NCBI RefSeq assembly: GCF_902713615.1
Contig: NC_052155.1
Coordinates: forward strand, 55,506,315-55,570,314
Direction of reading: 5' to 3'
Length of the DNA: 64,000 nucleotides
Source: Scyliorhinus canicula
Lineage: Eukaryota
Shown: in pieces, positions 50,335 to 62,830 of the stretch
Position numbering within the stretch: the first letter of the stretch is position 1
How the letters are laid out: the number at the start of each line of letters is the position of its first letter
Program-made: the position numbers and the translations under genes
Notes under the pieces: generated by a model
Seen by the model: only the letters and a program-made list of their open reading frames with translations
The model's database searches: none
Told to the model about the DNA's origin: nothing

Positions 50335-51476
50335 ATGGAATGTGGTTCAGGCTGTTATCACAAGTGGCCAGAAATCAGAACAATGGAGCCTTTAATTATT
50401 CCACCTTTATTGCCATGAGACTTTGCTGCTGTCCTTGAAAGAATGTGATGTTTTTATCAGTGGTTCTGTTTTTCCCAAACACATGTCTGAGTTTGGAAGT
50501 TGTATATTTCTTTCATTTTAAAACTGGGATTTAATATTTCTGTCTTAAACAGTCTTCTTACCTATATTAAGTGTATTTAAAATACCTGACTTCTACAGAT
50601 CTGACCAGAGCCTTATACAGCCTCAGAAGTACATCCCTGCTCTTGTATTCTAGCTCTCTCGACATGAATGCTACCATTGCATTTACCCTCCTAACTGCCG
50701 ACTGAACCTGCACGTTAACCTTAAGAGAATCTTGAACTTGGACTCATAAGCACCTATGTATTTCAGATTTCCGAAGCAGTTTCCCATTTAGAAAATAGTC
50801 TATGCCTCAATTCTTCTTACCAAAGTGCATATCCTCACACTTTTCCACATTGTATTCTATCTGCCACTTCTTTGTCCAATCTCCTAGTCTATCCAAGTCC
50901 TTCTGCAGTCCGCCTGCTTCCTCAGTACTATCTGTCCCTCTGTATATCTTTGTATCATCTGCATTCACTGAATTCAAATTCTAAAACTTCTATCATATGA
51001 TTTGAAATTGCATTCTTTGGTTAGTAGTTCACTCACATAAATATATATATATACATAAATATATGAACACAAATCGTATAAATCAAATGCACAAAGTATC
51101 TTTTTGAGAAAACACTTGTTGCCTCTTCCTTTTTGTTTGCTAACCCCTTTGTGGATGATATGGTTTCGACCACAGATTCTATGTTTTTTAAGCGTCACTC
51201 TCCAGCACCATAAAATAATTAAAGTAAAACAAAGTCTGCTACTTGAAATAGTCTGCCGGAAACCTGCCACGTCAACGTTAAAATACACCATTTAAACGTG
51301 ACTTATCCAGTTTCTGCATATGGTCTGCTTTCATTATGCATTATCATTCCTGGTCCTGCAGATCAATTCTGCTGCTTCATGGGTGCTTTCTGGTTTTAAA
51401 GAAATTACATTCAGGAAATTACATTATCTGAATTGATCACGAATGAGATAAGTACTTTAAGTATGTTTGTTTCCAG

Positions 51477-51643
51477 GACTTGTGCGCGATGACATATTGT
51501 ATGAAGATGATGACGTAAAAGAGGCTGTGAGAAGGTTGCCTGAAAACCTTTATAATGATAGAAATTTCCGCATCAAACGAGCTTTGGATTTGAGCATGAA
51601 GCATCAAATCCTTCCAAAGGAAATGTGGACAAAATTTGAGAAG
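51477..51643 (+). CDS. UQCRB: UQCRB exon 3 (167 bp)
   Basis: Encodes [56 protein letters not shown]. Confidence 0.97.
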
Positions 51644-52326
51644 GTAATTTGCTGACATCTGTAGAAGGGGAAATGTTTACTACAGTAGGTCTTCTTCCCA
51701 GTCCCTCCATCCACTCCACTAATGTTTTTGGGTCTTCCCAGCCATGCAGTTCCCTCAACAGTTAACTGTAACCCAGAGAGCTGCCAAATACCTCAAGCCT
51801 TGTTGCTTTGATATGCCAATGAGCAATACTGATTTGCCTACCTTGGGTTTTTTCTTTGTGTCAAGGCAGGAACTCCTCGCTGGATTTCTTTATATAGAAT
51901 GTATAGCATAGAAACAGGCCATTAGGCCCAGGGATTTATTTTGTAAATAGGTATTTCTACTCTGTAAGAACATTCTTCCACCCCTTTTACATTTCATGTA
52001 GTCCATTCAGCATCATTTCTTATTCATAGCTAATTTCCCCTTAAATGCCATTTGCTTAAACCACTCCTTGTAGCAAGTTCCACTTTCTAGCCATTTCCCG
52101 ACTAGAGATTCTCCTAAATTCCCTAATGTACTTGGAATTTATATTCATAACACCCAGTTTTGGTCTTTCCTTCAAGTCAAAACATCTTCCCTACCTTTAC
52201 TGTATCAAGTTTTTCTTACTAAAGAATCCCTTAAAAGAATAAAGAAAACAGTTATTTATATAAATATATTGATACAAAAAATGTTACACTTAAAAACGGT
52301 TCTATTCAACCCATTCTTTGTTGCAG

Positions 52327-52404
52327 GATATGCGCTACCTAGAACCATACCTTAAAGAAGTTATCACCGAACGAAAAGAAAAAGAAGAATGGGATAAGAA
52401 GTGA
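52327..52404 (+). CDS. UQCRB: UQCRB exon 4 (78 bp incl. TGA)
   Basis: Encodes DMRYLEPYLKEVITERKEKEEWDKK*. The joined CDS is 336 nt = 111 aa. Confidence 0.96.
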   Translation, partial: DMRYLEPYLKEVITERKEKEEWDKK

Positions 52405-52530
52405 TTTGCTGATTTCATTTTTGACTTGGTACTTGATTCTCTGTTAATATCTAGCCATGCAAATTTAAAACTTATTCCTTCGTTATTGACTTTTGTCAGC
52501 AGCCAGGATAACAGATTCCCTTCTTGAAAG

Positions 52531-52536
52531 AATAAA
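52531..52536 (+). terminator. UQCRB polyadenylation signal
   Basis: AATAAA about 125 nt after the stop codon, followed by GT/T-rich tttgttttgtttgtgt. Confidence 0.75.
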
Positions 52537-55500
52537 TTGTGCTGTAAAACTATGTAAATGCAATTTGTTTTGTTTGTGTACAGTATGATTTAAAAGTCAT
52601 TTCCAGATTATTTCTGTCAGGGATGCTCTTACTCATGTAATTGTGCAGATTTAAAAATAAATCGAAAGTGAGGTTCTGCCCTCATACGCTTGACCGGTAG
52701 GAAAGAAAACCGCTTTCAGAAATCAAACTTGTATTACGTTGCATTTCAGTATCTTCATCTCAAAAAATAATGAACCATTCAAGACCATTTTTAATGAAAA
52801 AATGCAATTTGAATTTGTAGCAAGTTACACTTGGGAAATCATGGAATCAATCTTTGGCATGGAATTTGTAGGGTTTTTGAAGACAAACCATTCTGTGTTT
52901 GCCATCATTGCTCCCCTGAATCTGATTGCAACTTCCAGATTTAATGCAAACGCAGATTAACCTGAAGTTGTGGGCTGTCATTTACTCCCTACCACAGGTA
53001 GAGGTGTGGACCCAATCTTCCTGCCCCCAAGCCAACATTCAACAAAATCAATTTTTTGAACCATCAGATAAATGGATGGAAAATTATCATCTTAGCTGTG
53101 CATTATTTCCTGATTTATGCTAAAAATCCTCTAAACATACTTCATTTCCTAGGAATAGAAAAGCAGCACAGTCACAACTGCTGCTGACTATAGACATCTG
53201 TGAGGAGTTCTTGGGAAATGTTAAATTCACACAGCAAATATAACGATGTGTCACCATGTTGAAATAAAGCTTTTATAGTTTAATTGCCACTGTCATTTCA
53301 GTATTTAGGTGAAAGCAAAAATGTCTCATCCCCATGTTGAATGCAGACGTTGCAAGAAAATTCCACAAATTGCTCAAAGTACAGATGTAAACACGGCAGC
53401 AGACATGATTGCTTCACAGCGTCAGGGTCCTAGTTTGGCTCCCAGCTTGGGTCACTGTCTGTGCGCAGTCTGCATATTCTCCCCATGTCTGCGTGAGTTT
53501 CCTCCAGGTGCTCTGGTTTCCTCCCACAAGTCACGAAAGACGTGCTTGTTAGGTGATTTGGACATTCTGAGTTCTCCCTCAGTGTACCCGAAGGTGCCGG
53601 AGTGTGGTGACTAGGGGCTTTTCACATTAACTTCATGCAGTGTAAATGTAAGCCTATTGTAGTGCTATTGTGACAATAATAAAATTATTATATAATAGCT
53701 GTGTCCAGCAGTTTGAAAAGAAAATCCAATCAAAGTTTAAAAAAACTTAAAAGGTATTCAAATACAGCTCAATCAGTGAATTATGCTGTTGTGAAGTTTG
53801 TATTTAAAGCTTGCTTTGGACTTTGTCGATTTTCAATGAAGTTTCTAGTTAATTTTTGAAAAAGCATTTTGAGTGAATCAGAAGGCAAATCCAGTGCGTG
53901 GAGTTGAGCCTTCAAATGCAGTTGGACAGGTGTACTTTTCTGTAATGTTATAGTTATGCAACATAAGCACAGTTTCTGTGTTTGATGCTGATGCAGTTCA
54001 GGCCAACACTCTGCTTTTAAATTAGACCCCCATCCTGACTTGACAGTGCAGAGAATGCTCACGTAGTGTAATATATAATAATCTTTATTGTCACAAGTAG
54101 GCTAACATCAACACTGCAATGAAGTTACTGTGAAAAGCCCTGTGAATATATGGTCATCATTAATTTATACTGTGAATATATGGTCATCATGGGTCCAATG
54201 ATGGCATATTTGCAATAACTTGGAAAATTGTGCCTCCAGAGCAGAGGCTCGCTATGCTTGAGGAGTGATTGACTACCCTCTGCAACATCTGAGAATTTCC
54301 TGCACCACAGCCCAGGGTGTGATCACGAAGAGACAGTGGTCAATTGTTTGATATACAAGGATTGAGTCGAAAGAAGTAGGTGACCATCTGCGAGGGCAGC
54401 AGATGAACAGCACTTTATGAAAACAACAGTTCTGGTTTGCTTTCATGGAGTCACAGTACAGAAACACTCTTCGTTCCAATATTTTTGATGTTAGTGTTTA
54501 TAATCCGTATGAATTTCATCCACCCAGAGCTGCAGCTACAAGCTATTCTGTAAAAAGGGTTTGCCCTACATAATGATGCCCATAGTTTATTTTACGACTT
54601 TTAAAAGCCTTCCAGGAAGGAGTGGTGCAGTGGTTAGCATTTTGCCTCATGGCACTGGGGACCTGGGTTTGATTCTGCACCCGGGTTACTGTCCATGTGG
54701 AGTTTACACATTCTCTCTGTGCCTGCGTGGGTCTCATCCACAAGCTAAAGATGTGCAGGGTAGATGGATTGGCCATGCTAAATTGCCCCTTAATTGTAAA
54801 AAAAAAAGAATTGCGTACTTTAAATTTTAAGAATATGTATTTTTTTCAAGCCTTCAGGGGCACCTCTTGTGGTAGGGTGCTGCACAGAGCCTCAAACACT
54901 TCAATTGGCTCTCCCATCTGGACAACCCCAGATTCCTGGAAGCTGCATCTTAATTTGGTGCCTTCGGGAAGATCATACAAGCTGGCGATCTTCCGAAAGC
55001 ATTGGCACCAGGACCTGGAAATGGTCCTGGCCTGTGTTTAAAAACTGAGGTTGCCCAATGTGTTACATAAGAAGAACTTTAGCGAGCTGTACAGAACGAT
55101 ACACAAAATTATGAATGGTTAAAATAGCATTGTGATTTAAATGTCACTCATTGAGGCAACTCTCAGCGGTGTTCTAATCCCTGTTATACTTCTGGTCTGC
55201 ACTGATTGTGGCAGATAAAATCATACAATTGATGACCTCTTGCCACTCCTGGTGGCATCACCTTTTGTAAGATACTTAAACATATTGATTTGGTTGTATA
55301 TTGTTATTGCATTTGCATTGATGCCCCTACTTCCCTATGAACATTTGGCATTTTCACATCCTACACCATTTTTCTTCTTTAGCACGCATCCCAGGCTGTA
55401 ATAATAAAGTCTCACAAGTGAATATAAGAAACCTTGCTCTTAGACACATGAATATGTCAGCTTGACATTGCAGATAGGCGGTGCTACACATGACCATTGT

Positions 55501-55860
55501 ATGGAGACCTGGGAGTTATGCCATCCAACAGCTTTCATCCAGCTTGAAAAGATTGTGTTCTCTGCTTCTCACACGACGATTTTCATTGAAGAATCAAGGA
55601 AAGTCTGCAGCTGCTCACCAGAAATTGAAAGTCTGCAGCCTCAGCAGAAATTGATTACATTAGCTAGGTGACGCAGACATCTAAGTATATTCTATTACTA
55701 AATGGTCAGAAGTGTTTTCTTTCGTTCAAGTTTTTGCCATGGATCAAAATCTTGCCATTGTCCAGCACTAACTGATGAGCCTTTATGAGCATCAATGAAA
55801 AACAACCCGCAAGCAAAATAAAACATGTTAATCTGTAGCAAAATCATAATTCTCTCTTTA

Positions 55861-56076
55861 GGGGTGGCACAGTGGTCAGCACTGCAGCCAACGGCGTTGA
55901 GGACCCGGGTTCGAATCCCAGCCCTGGGTCACTTTCCGTCTGGAGTTTGCACATTCTCCCCGTGTCTGTGTGGGTTTCACCCCCAGAACCCAAAGATGAG
56001 TAGGTTAGGTGGATTGGCCATGCTAAATTGCCCCTTAATTGGAAAAAAATAATTGAGTGCTCCAATTCATAAAAAA
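55861..56076 (+). mobile_element. V-SINE with TSD
   Basis: 15-bp TSD ataattctctcttta (55846-60, 56077-91). Confidence 0.9.
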
Positions 56077-56574
56077 ATAATTCTCTCTTTATGTTACATA
56101 GCTACAAATATTGACCAGGTACATGCTGTGTTGATCACCATGCTAAAGGTAATTGACAAAAGAGAAAAGAAAACACAGAAGTAAATAAATGGCAGACCAG
56201 AAAAAAAAGGACCTGATGGATTTAGCATTTGAAACCAAGTGTATGTATGTAAGACTGCTGCTGATCTGCAAATGTTTGTCATGCTCCATACTGCATTCAT
56301 TAAACAAAACAAATACTAACTCGTCCCAAAGGTTTTTATTACTATATCAAATTTAGTAGCCCATTTAAATTTCAAGTAAGCATGGTCAGTCATAAAATGC
56401 TTGCTGCCTAAATACAACACAACTACTTACCACAATTGGCTAGCATTCTCCAAATAAAACTTATGAAAGGTGTCTGAATTATGAGTCTCACGTTGAGGGG
56501 AATGCACAATTAAAGACAGCTTCTCTGTATTATGATTTACCAATTCAAATGTATTGCAACACTTCCAATCAAAC

Positions 56575-56770
56575 ACTTTTTTAAAATTTAGAGTACCAAA
56601 TTCATTTTTTCCAATTAAGAGGCAATTTAGCATAGCCAATCCACCTAGCTTGCATATTTTTGGGTTGTGCGGGCGAAACCCACGCAAACAAGGGGAGAAT
56701 GTGCAACCTCCACACGGACAGTGACCCAGAGCTAGGATCGAACCTGGGACCTCAGCGCCGTGAGGCTGCA
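56575..56770 (-). mobile_element. V-SINE
   Basis: Reverse copy of the 55861 family, flanked by tccaatcaaa repeats. Confidence 0.8.
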
Positions 56771-57243
56771 CCTCCAATCAAATATGACCAAACTTCACTC
56801 AAAACCATAGAGGATTGCCGGGGACACTAATGTGAATCTTTGCCAGGAAATATCTAGCACTGGGAAGTGCTGAAGACCTGCTGATGTTGCTGCTGGTTCT
56901 ACACTAATGCTGAGTTCCTTTAGGAACATACCACAACCGATCTGTGAAGAGGCTTCATTGGCACCACACAATGTGCAGAAGTTCTGTTCATTATGCAATA
57001 GCACAGAAACAAAGTATACCAACGCATCAAGCATTATTTTTCAGTATTTTTAAAGTTAAGAAAAAGCAGATGCTAACATGTCATCTCCTCAATCATTAAA
57101 TATTAGCTACCTGGAAAATGGAAGCCTGCACTTGTCTTCAAGCACAACTCTGGTTTGCAACCGATCAAAGTACAACTTACAGTGGATAAATTAGGTGTAG
57201 TAACTACATTGGCCTCCACAGATATTGACCTGAGAATGGTAAC

Positions 57244-57598
57244 TACATTGTGGATAGCACAATCGCTTCACAGCTCCAGGGTCCCAGGTTCGATTCCGGC
57301 TTGGGTCACTGTCTGTGTGGAGTCCGCACATCCTCCCCGTGTGTGCGTGGGTTTCCTCCGGGTGCTCCGGTTTCCTCCCACAGTCCAAAGATGTGCAGGT
57401 TAGGTGGATTGGGCATGATAAATTGCCCTTAGTGTCCAAAGTTGCCCTTAGTGTTGGGTGAGGTTAACGGGTTATGGGGATAGGGTGGAGGTGTTAACCT
57501 TGGGTAGGGTGCTCTTTCCAGGAGCCAGTGCAGACTCGATGGGCCGAATGGCCTCCTTCTGCACTGTAAATTCTATGTAATCTGTAAATTCTATGTAA
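57244..57598 (+). mobile_element. HE1-type SINE
   Basis: Head, V-domain and tandem tail tgtaaattctatgtaa. Confidence 0.88.
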
Positions 57599-58739
57599 AC
57601 ATCCTAGTTCATCTCAGCAGGGAAAAGGTTGAAAACCCACAAATATCAGACAAAATGACTATGGATGTGCTTAAAATAAACTATGAAATGTGACTGAGAT
57701 CATAGAATTTACAGTGCAGAAGCAGCCCATTCGGCCCATCGAGTCCGCACCGGCCCCCCGAAAGAGCACCCTACCTAAGCCCATAACCCAGTAACCTCAC
57801 TCAACCTTTTTGGACGCTAAGGGCAATTTAGCATGCTAATCCACTTAACCTGCACATATTTGGACATAGATGAATAAACCTTAAACATTTTTATGTTACT
57901 AAATGTAAAGGGATTCCTGAACTCTAGATACTGGCTTACAAACTTCAATTTTGAAAAAAATAGGTTGAGATATTTGTTGTAATACTTGTTGTATAGAAAA
58001 TTTCTGAAAGCATCTGAGATTTAACAGGTAAAATGATTCCTCTGTGAAGGAATATCTCATTGGATTTTAATTCTGGAACTCAAGTAAACCGATATTTTCT
58101 AGGTGTTTTCTGTACTGTAAAACATATCTATCCTCTTTACAGTCAGAGTGTGGAGGCAGCATTGCAACTCTCCTTTCGTGTTTTGAAAGTGCTAATCCTT
58201 TTTATCTTATCCAAGCTCAGGTTTGCTGTGAGGTTATTAATATAAAACTGGATCACTCAAAAATCGAGAGTTTGGGAAATACGCCACAATTTGTAAAGAG
58301 GGAAACAAATTGAAACACCTTTCTGGTTATAATAATAATCTTTATCTTTATTATTGTCACAAGTAGGCTTACATTAACACAGCAATGAAGTTACTGTGAA
58401 AAGGCCCCAGTTTCCAGACACCGGTGCCTGTTTGGGTACACAGAGGGAGAATTCAGAATGTCCAAATTACCTAACGGCACGTATTTCGGGACTTGTGGGA
58501 GGAAACCCACGCAGACACGGGAAGAATGTGCAGACTCCGCACAGACAGTGATCCAAGCCTGGAATCAAACCTGGGACCCTGGCGCTGCAAAGCAAAAGTG
58601 CTAACCACTGTGCTACCGTGTCACCATGGAGGGGTGTTGAGAGGAGAAATTAGTGCTGTTTAAATTACACCCCCCACCCACCCCAATTTCACTGTACCGG
58701 GAGTCATTGTGATCATCACATGCAAAACCTATTGTGTAC

Positions 58740-59875
58740 TCTTTTGGAAAAACATAACTTGTTAAAGGAGAATCAGCATGAATTCAGGAAAGGAGGTCGC
58801 ATTTAACTAACCCGCTGGACTTTTTTTTAACATAACTAACATAATGGATAGGGGTCCTGCTGCTGATCCTGTATATATGAATTCTCAGAATGGTTACGCT
58901 AAATTTTCACATTGACTAGTGACAAAGTTTAGAAATCATGGAATAGAGTGCAAAGTACAGCTGGACAGAAAACTAAGGGTAGCTATGAATGGGAACTTTT
59001 CAGGTAAGAAAGAATCGAATATCCCAGATGCTGGCCATGAAATATTATTTTTTATATATGTGGTATTAATGGCTTGGCTGAAGATGTAACAAGCAAAATT
59101 TTTTAAGTTTTCAAATTATGCCAAAACAGATTCCAGCGCAAATAAGGAAGAACAATGCAACTACATTCATAGCAATGTAGATTTAAGTGGCAGGTACATT
59201 TCTCAAGGTGAATAAGTGTAATATAAGGAGCAAGAAAGTACATGAGAGAGTGTTTTTAAGGAAATGGTATACAGCATATTAATAAGTAAAAAAAATCTGT
59301 TAGAGCTGATAAATATATGAAATCAGCAACAAGGTGTTTATTGGAATATATTTTTTACAGGGAAGGAGTAAAAATCAAAACTGGAATTATTATTTCTGCA
59401 TAAGAGTTGGTTGGGCACCATCTGGAGTATCCAGTGCACTTTAGGTTAACTCATATTCTATGCCTAAAAATGTGAAGAGGTGTGCAAGAAATGTATTCTG
59501 CATAGCATAAATTTTAAATTATCTGAAAAGGTTTACAAAATGGGCTGTTCTTAAAAAATATCTTTTGTGGTAGCCTGCTTATTTTTTTTCAAGATGACAA
59601 AGAGAATAAATTGACAAATTGGTTAAATTGTTTAATGTGTTGAATGCTTTAAGTACCAAAGAATACAAGCTTGTCAACAAAGTTAGGAGGATAGAGGAAA
59701 GTCAGATTGATACCTTTTACCTAAATGGTATTAGAGCCGTTGAATAGACAATCAGAAAAGACCAATGTTGTCAGTTGAAAAAGGATTAAGTTAAGAATAT
59801 TTAAGCTCTCTGCAAGTATAGTAGAATACAGCAAAAATAAACAGGTAGCTAGGGTCAGAACATTTTTCTTGTTCC
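58740..59875 (+). mobile_element. Very old CR1 RT remnant
   Basis: Decayed NQHEFRKG..LTNPLDFF (QHGF..SCLTNL-type motif) at ~58770 and a CR1-like 3' region. Confidence 0.55.
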
Positions 59876-61656
59876 TAAACGAAATGTATTTAAATTACAA
59901 AACAGAAAGTGCATAAAAATAAATTAAGGTTTTGGAGGAAGGTTTTTTTTTATCACATTGAATTGAAAATTGAAAATCGCTTATTGTCACGAGTAGGCTT
60001 CAATTAAGTTACTGTGAAAAGCCCCTAGTCGCCACATTCCGGCGCCTGTTCGGGGAGGCTGTTACGGGAATCGCACCGTGCTGCTGGCCTGCCTTGGCCC
60101 GCTTTCAAAGCCAGCGATTTAGGCCAGCGGGAGTGTAACCAATTTAGAATACCAATTTCTGTAGATATACCATTGAAAGCATCCTATTTGGATGCATCAC
60201 AGCCTGGTCTGGCAACTGCTCGGCCCAAGACCATACGAAACTACAGAGAGGAGGGACCACCCAGTCCATCACACAAAACCGCCTCCCATCCGTTGACTCC
60301 ATCTATACCTCCCGCTGCCTTGGGAAAGCGGGCAGCATAATCAAAGACCCCTCCCATCCGTTCTATTCTCTCTTACAACCTCTTCCACCAGGCTGAAGAT
60401 ACAAAGGTTTGAGAAGACACACCAATAAATTCAAAAACAGCTTCTTCCCCGAAGTCTGGCTGTTACTAGACTCCTGAATGATCCTCTGAACTGATCTTAT
60501 GGACTGACTGATCTTTCTACAAACCTTATATCCCCCCATACTTCACCTGCTGCCTATGTTCATGTATTTTTATTATGTATCCTCATGTATTTATGATATG
60601 TTCTATGTTTTCAAGTAAGGAGCGATCTGCCTGGACTGTGCGCAGAACAATGCTTTTCACTATACCTCAGTACACATGACAATCTACATCTAATTAAACC
60701 CGTTTAACAGTACCAACAGCTAAAAATACATACACTGGGGGAAAGATTCCCTCCGTTGCATGTGTTATTAAATCATAACTTGTTGTATAAAGAGACATTT
60801 ATGACTTGGTAACATAGTTCGCACAAAAGAAGTCTCCATTAGATCCAAGATGCTAAACAAAGTGTAAAAGTGGGGATACAGAGTGTGCTAGGCATGCTTT
60901 TCCCACGAGGTGTCGCTAGAAGCATTTAGAAAATATGTGTGTTTTTGAGCCTGTTGTCAATTGAACAGGACAAAAAACAAAGCAAAAGTTTAGCGAAAGT
61001 ACGATTTATGGAAATAAAGAAATAACTAGGACAATGCATTTGCAGCTTGATGCTGCATTGAATTACACAGACCTGGGAATCAATGGAAAGTAGTTTGTTC
61101 GTTTCAAGAGCGGTGTGTTGAAGAAGCGGAACATTGGAATGGAAAGCAACATCAGGTCCAACAGAAAGATCGCCTTCTCTCCTTTCCCCTTCTTGAAACA
61201 GGTAAGGTGAAATTCTGCTGCAGAAGAGTTTCAGCAGGGAATCCAATTGTTGTTTATAAGATCCACGTAGAATGACCACATCAATGTCATAAAATACTAT
61301 CACGAAGCTTCTGCAGGGCTTCAGTTCAGCTGTACGTTCAACTGTTGGTCTAAAAGTTTCGCGTTGTTATTTAAAACAATGAACACCTTGCTAAAGTAGC
61401 ATCCATTTATTTAGGAAAAGTAATGACACTCGTATATAAACAAAAAATAGTGGAAATAAAGTAAAATGGTGCAATCCCATAATGAAAAATAAAAGAACGT
61501 AATGTTTATGACAAAATAAGAAAATGAACTTCGAAAGCACGAAAATAAATTCCAAAAATAGAAGTGGCTGCAAATCACCAGCATAATATAATAACTGTAC
61601 AATATATTGAAATAATTCTACACAACTGTATATATAGTAGCAATGTTGTCTCAATT

Positions 61657-62012
61657 TTGGCTTAGTGGGATGGGCAAGTTCCATAATTGAGGCTGAAACT
61701 CCAGTACAGTATTGAGGGAGTACAGCAGTGTAGGAAATGCCATCTCTTGAGTAACACGTTAAACCAAGGTCCAGCTGCCCACTCGGGGCCTCATGGCACT
61801 TTTCAAAGAAAAGGAGCAAAATTCACCCTGTGCCTTGGCTTAGTGGGATGGGCAAGTTCCATAATTGAGGCTGAAACTCCAGTACAGTATTGAGGGAGTA
61901 CAGCAGTGTAGGAAATGCCATCTCTTGAGTAACACGTTAAACCAAGGTCCAGCTGCCCACTCGGGGCCTCATGGCACTTTTCAAAGAAAAGGAGCAAAAT
62001 TCACCCTGTGCC
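61657..62012 (+). repeat. Perfect 178-bp tandem duplication within a Deu-domain SINE
   Basis: 61657-61834 is identical to 61835-62012. The sequence matches a shark DeuSINE (actccagtacagtattgagggag..cgttaaaccaagg), which resumes at 62013-62060 and ~62840-62910. Confidence 0.9.
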
Positions 62013-62060
62013 CTGACCAATATTTATCTCGCACCCAGCATCACTAGGAAAGCAGATTAT

Positions 62061-62830
62061 CAGCGAGCCCGTTGCGCCCGGCGTGGATTCAGGTGTAACC
62101 TGGGTTCTGCGCCAGTCACCTGACCCGCTCCGCCAGGCGCAATCTGGACCTGGACTTTGCTTGGCAACCTGGATATGTAAATGAGCCTCACGCCTCATCT
62201 AAATATCCAGCTCCCAGGACACATCAGCTGTGCTGAGGGACCTCGCCAGGGCCTCGTTTAGTACTGGCCCACACACATGTGGACCAGCATAACAGCACCT
62301 GGGGGGTTCTCCCAGGTCATTGGAGACCCCCCCAGGTGGTCAGGGGCAGAACAGGGTGGCACCCTGGAACTGCCTGCCTGGCACACTGGCAGTGCCACCT
62401 GGGTACCCTATCAGTGTCACTCTGACACTGCCAGAGTGCCAGGGGATCTGCCAACTTGGGTGTCCAGGTGCCATGTTGGTACTGTCAGGCTCAGGTAGAG
62501 GTGGTGCCTAGTGTCCCCCCCCAAGGTTGGGCAGGTGGGGGGAGGGGGGGTTCAAAAAAGACGGGGAAGCCTCAAAGTCGGGGGGGGGGGGGGGGGGGGG
62601 GGGGGTTGTGATATCGAGGCTGCCGGACAAATGGCGCCCCGAACTGCGCGGAACCTTTCCTGTTGGAGAGCTGAAGCTCGGTAGTGTAACCTCTAAGTGT
62701 GGCCCCTGCGCTGAGAAACTCTTCAAGGCCAAAGAAAACCAGAGACGTGCCGTTAGATAGCGAGTTCTTTCTCAGAGCTGCAGCCGCCCTGAAACGCCCA
62801 GCTAAACGTGCGGATGTTAACTTGAGTCAG
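62061..62830. mobile_element. GC-rich Harbinger-type element inserted in the DeuSINE
   Basis: Homologous to 22838-23952 (gccagggt repeats, agtactggcccacacacatg). Confidence 0.55.

Noticed and set aside
48930-50601. Helitron or Tc1-type identity for the palindromic insert
   Set aside because: An A|TC start exists but there is no CTRR 3' end. TA flanks only the right arm, and the insert extends ~260 bp beyond the arm.
60926-61303. 125-aa minus-strand ORF
   Set aside because: Non-ATG start, no recognisable homology and no supported exon chain.
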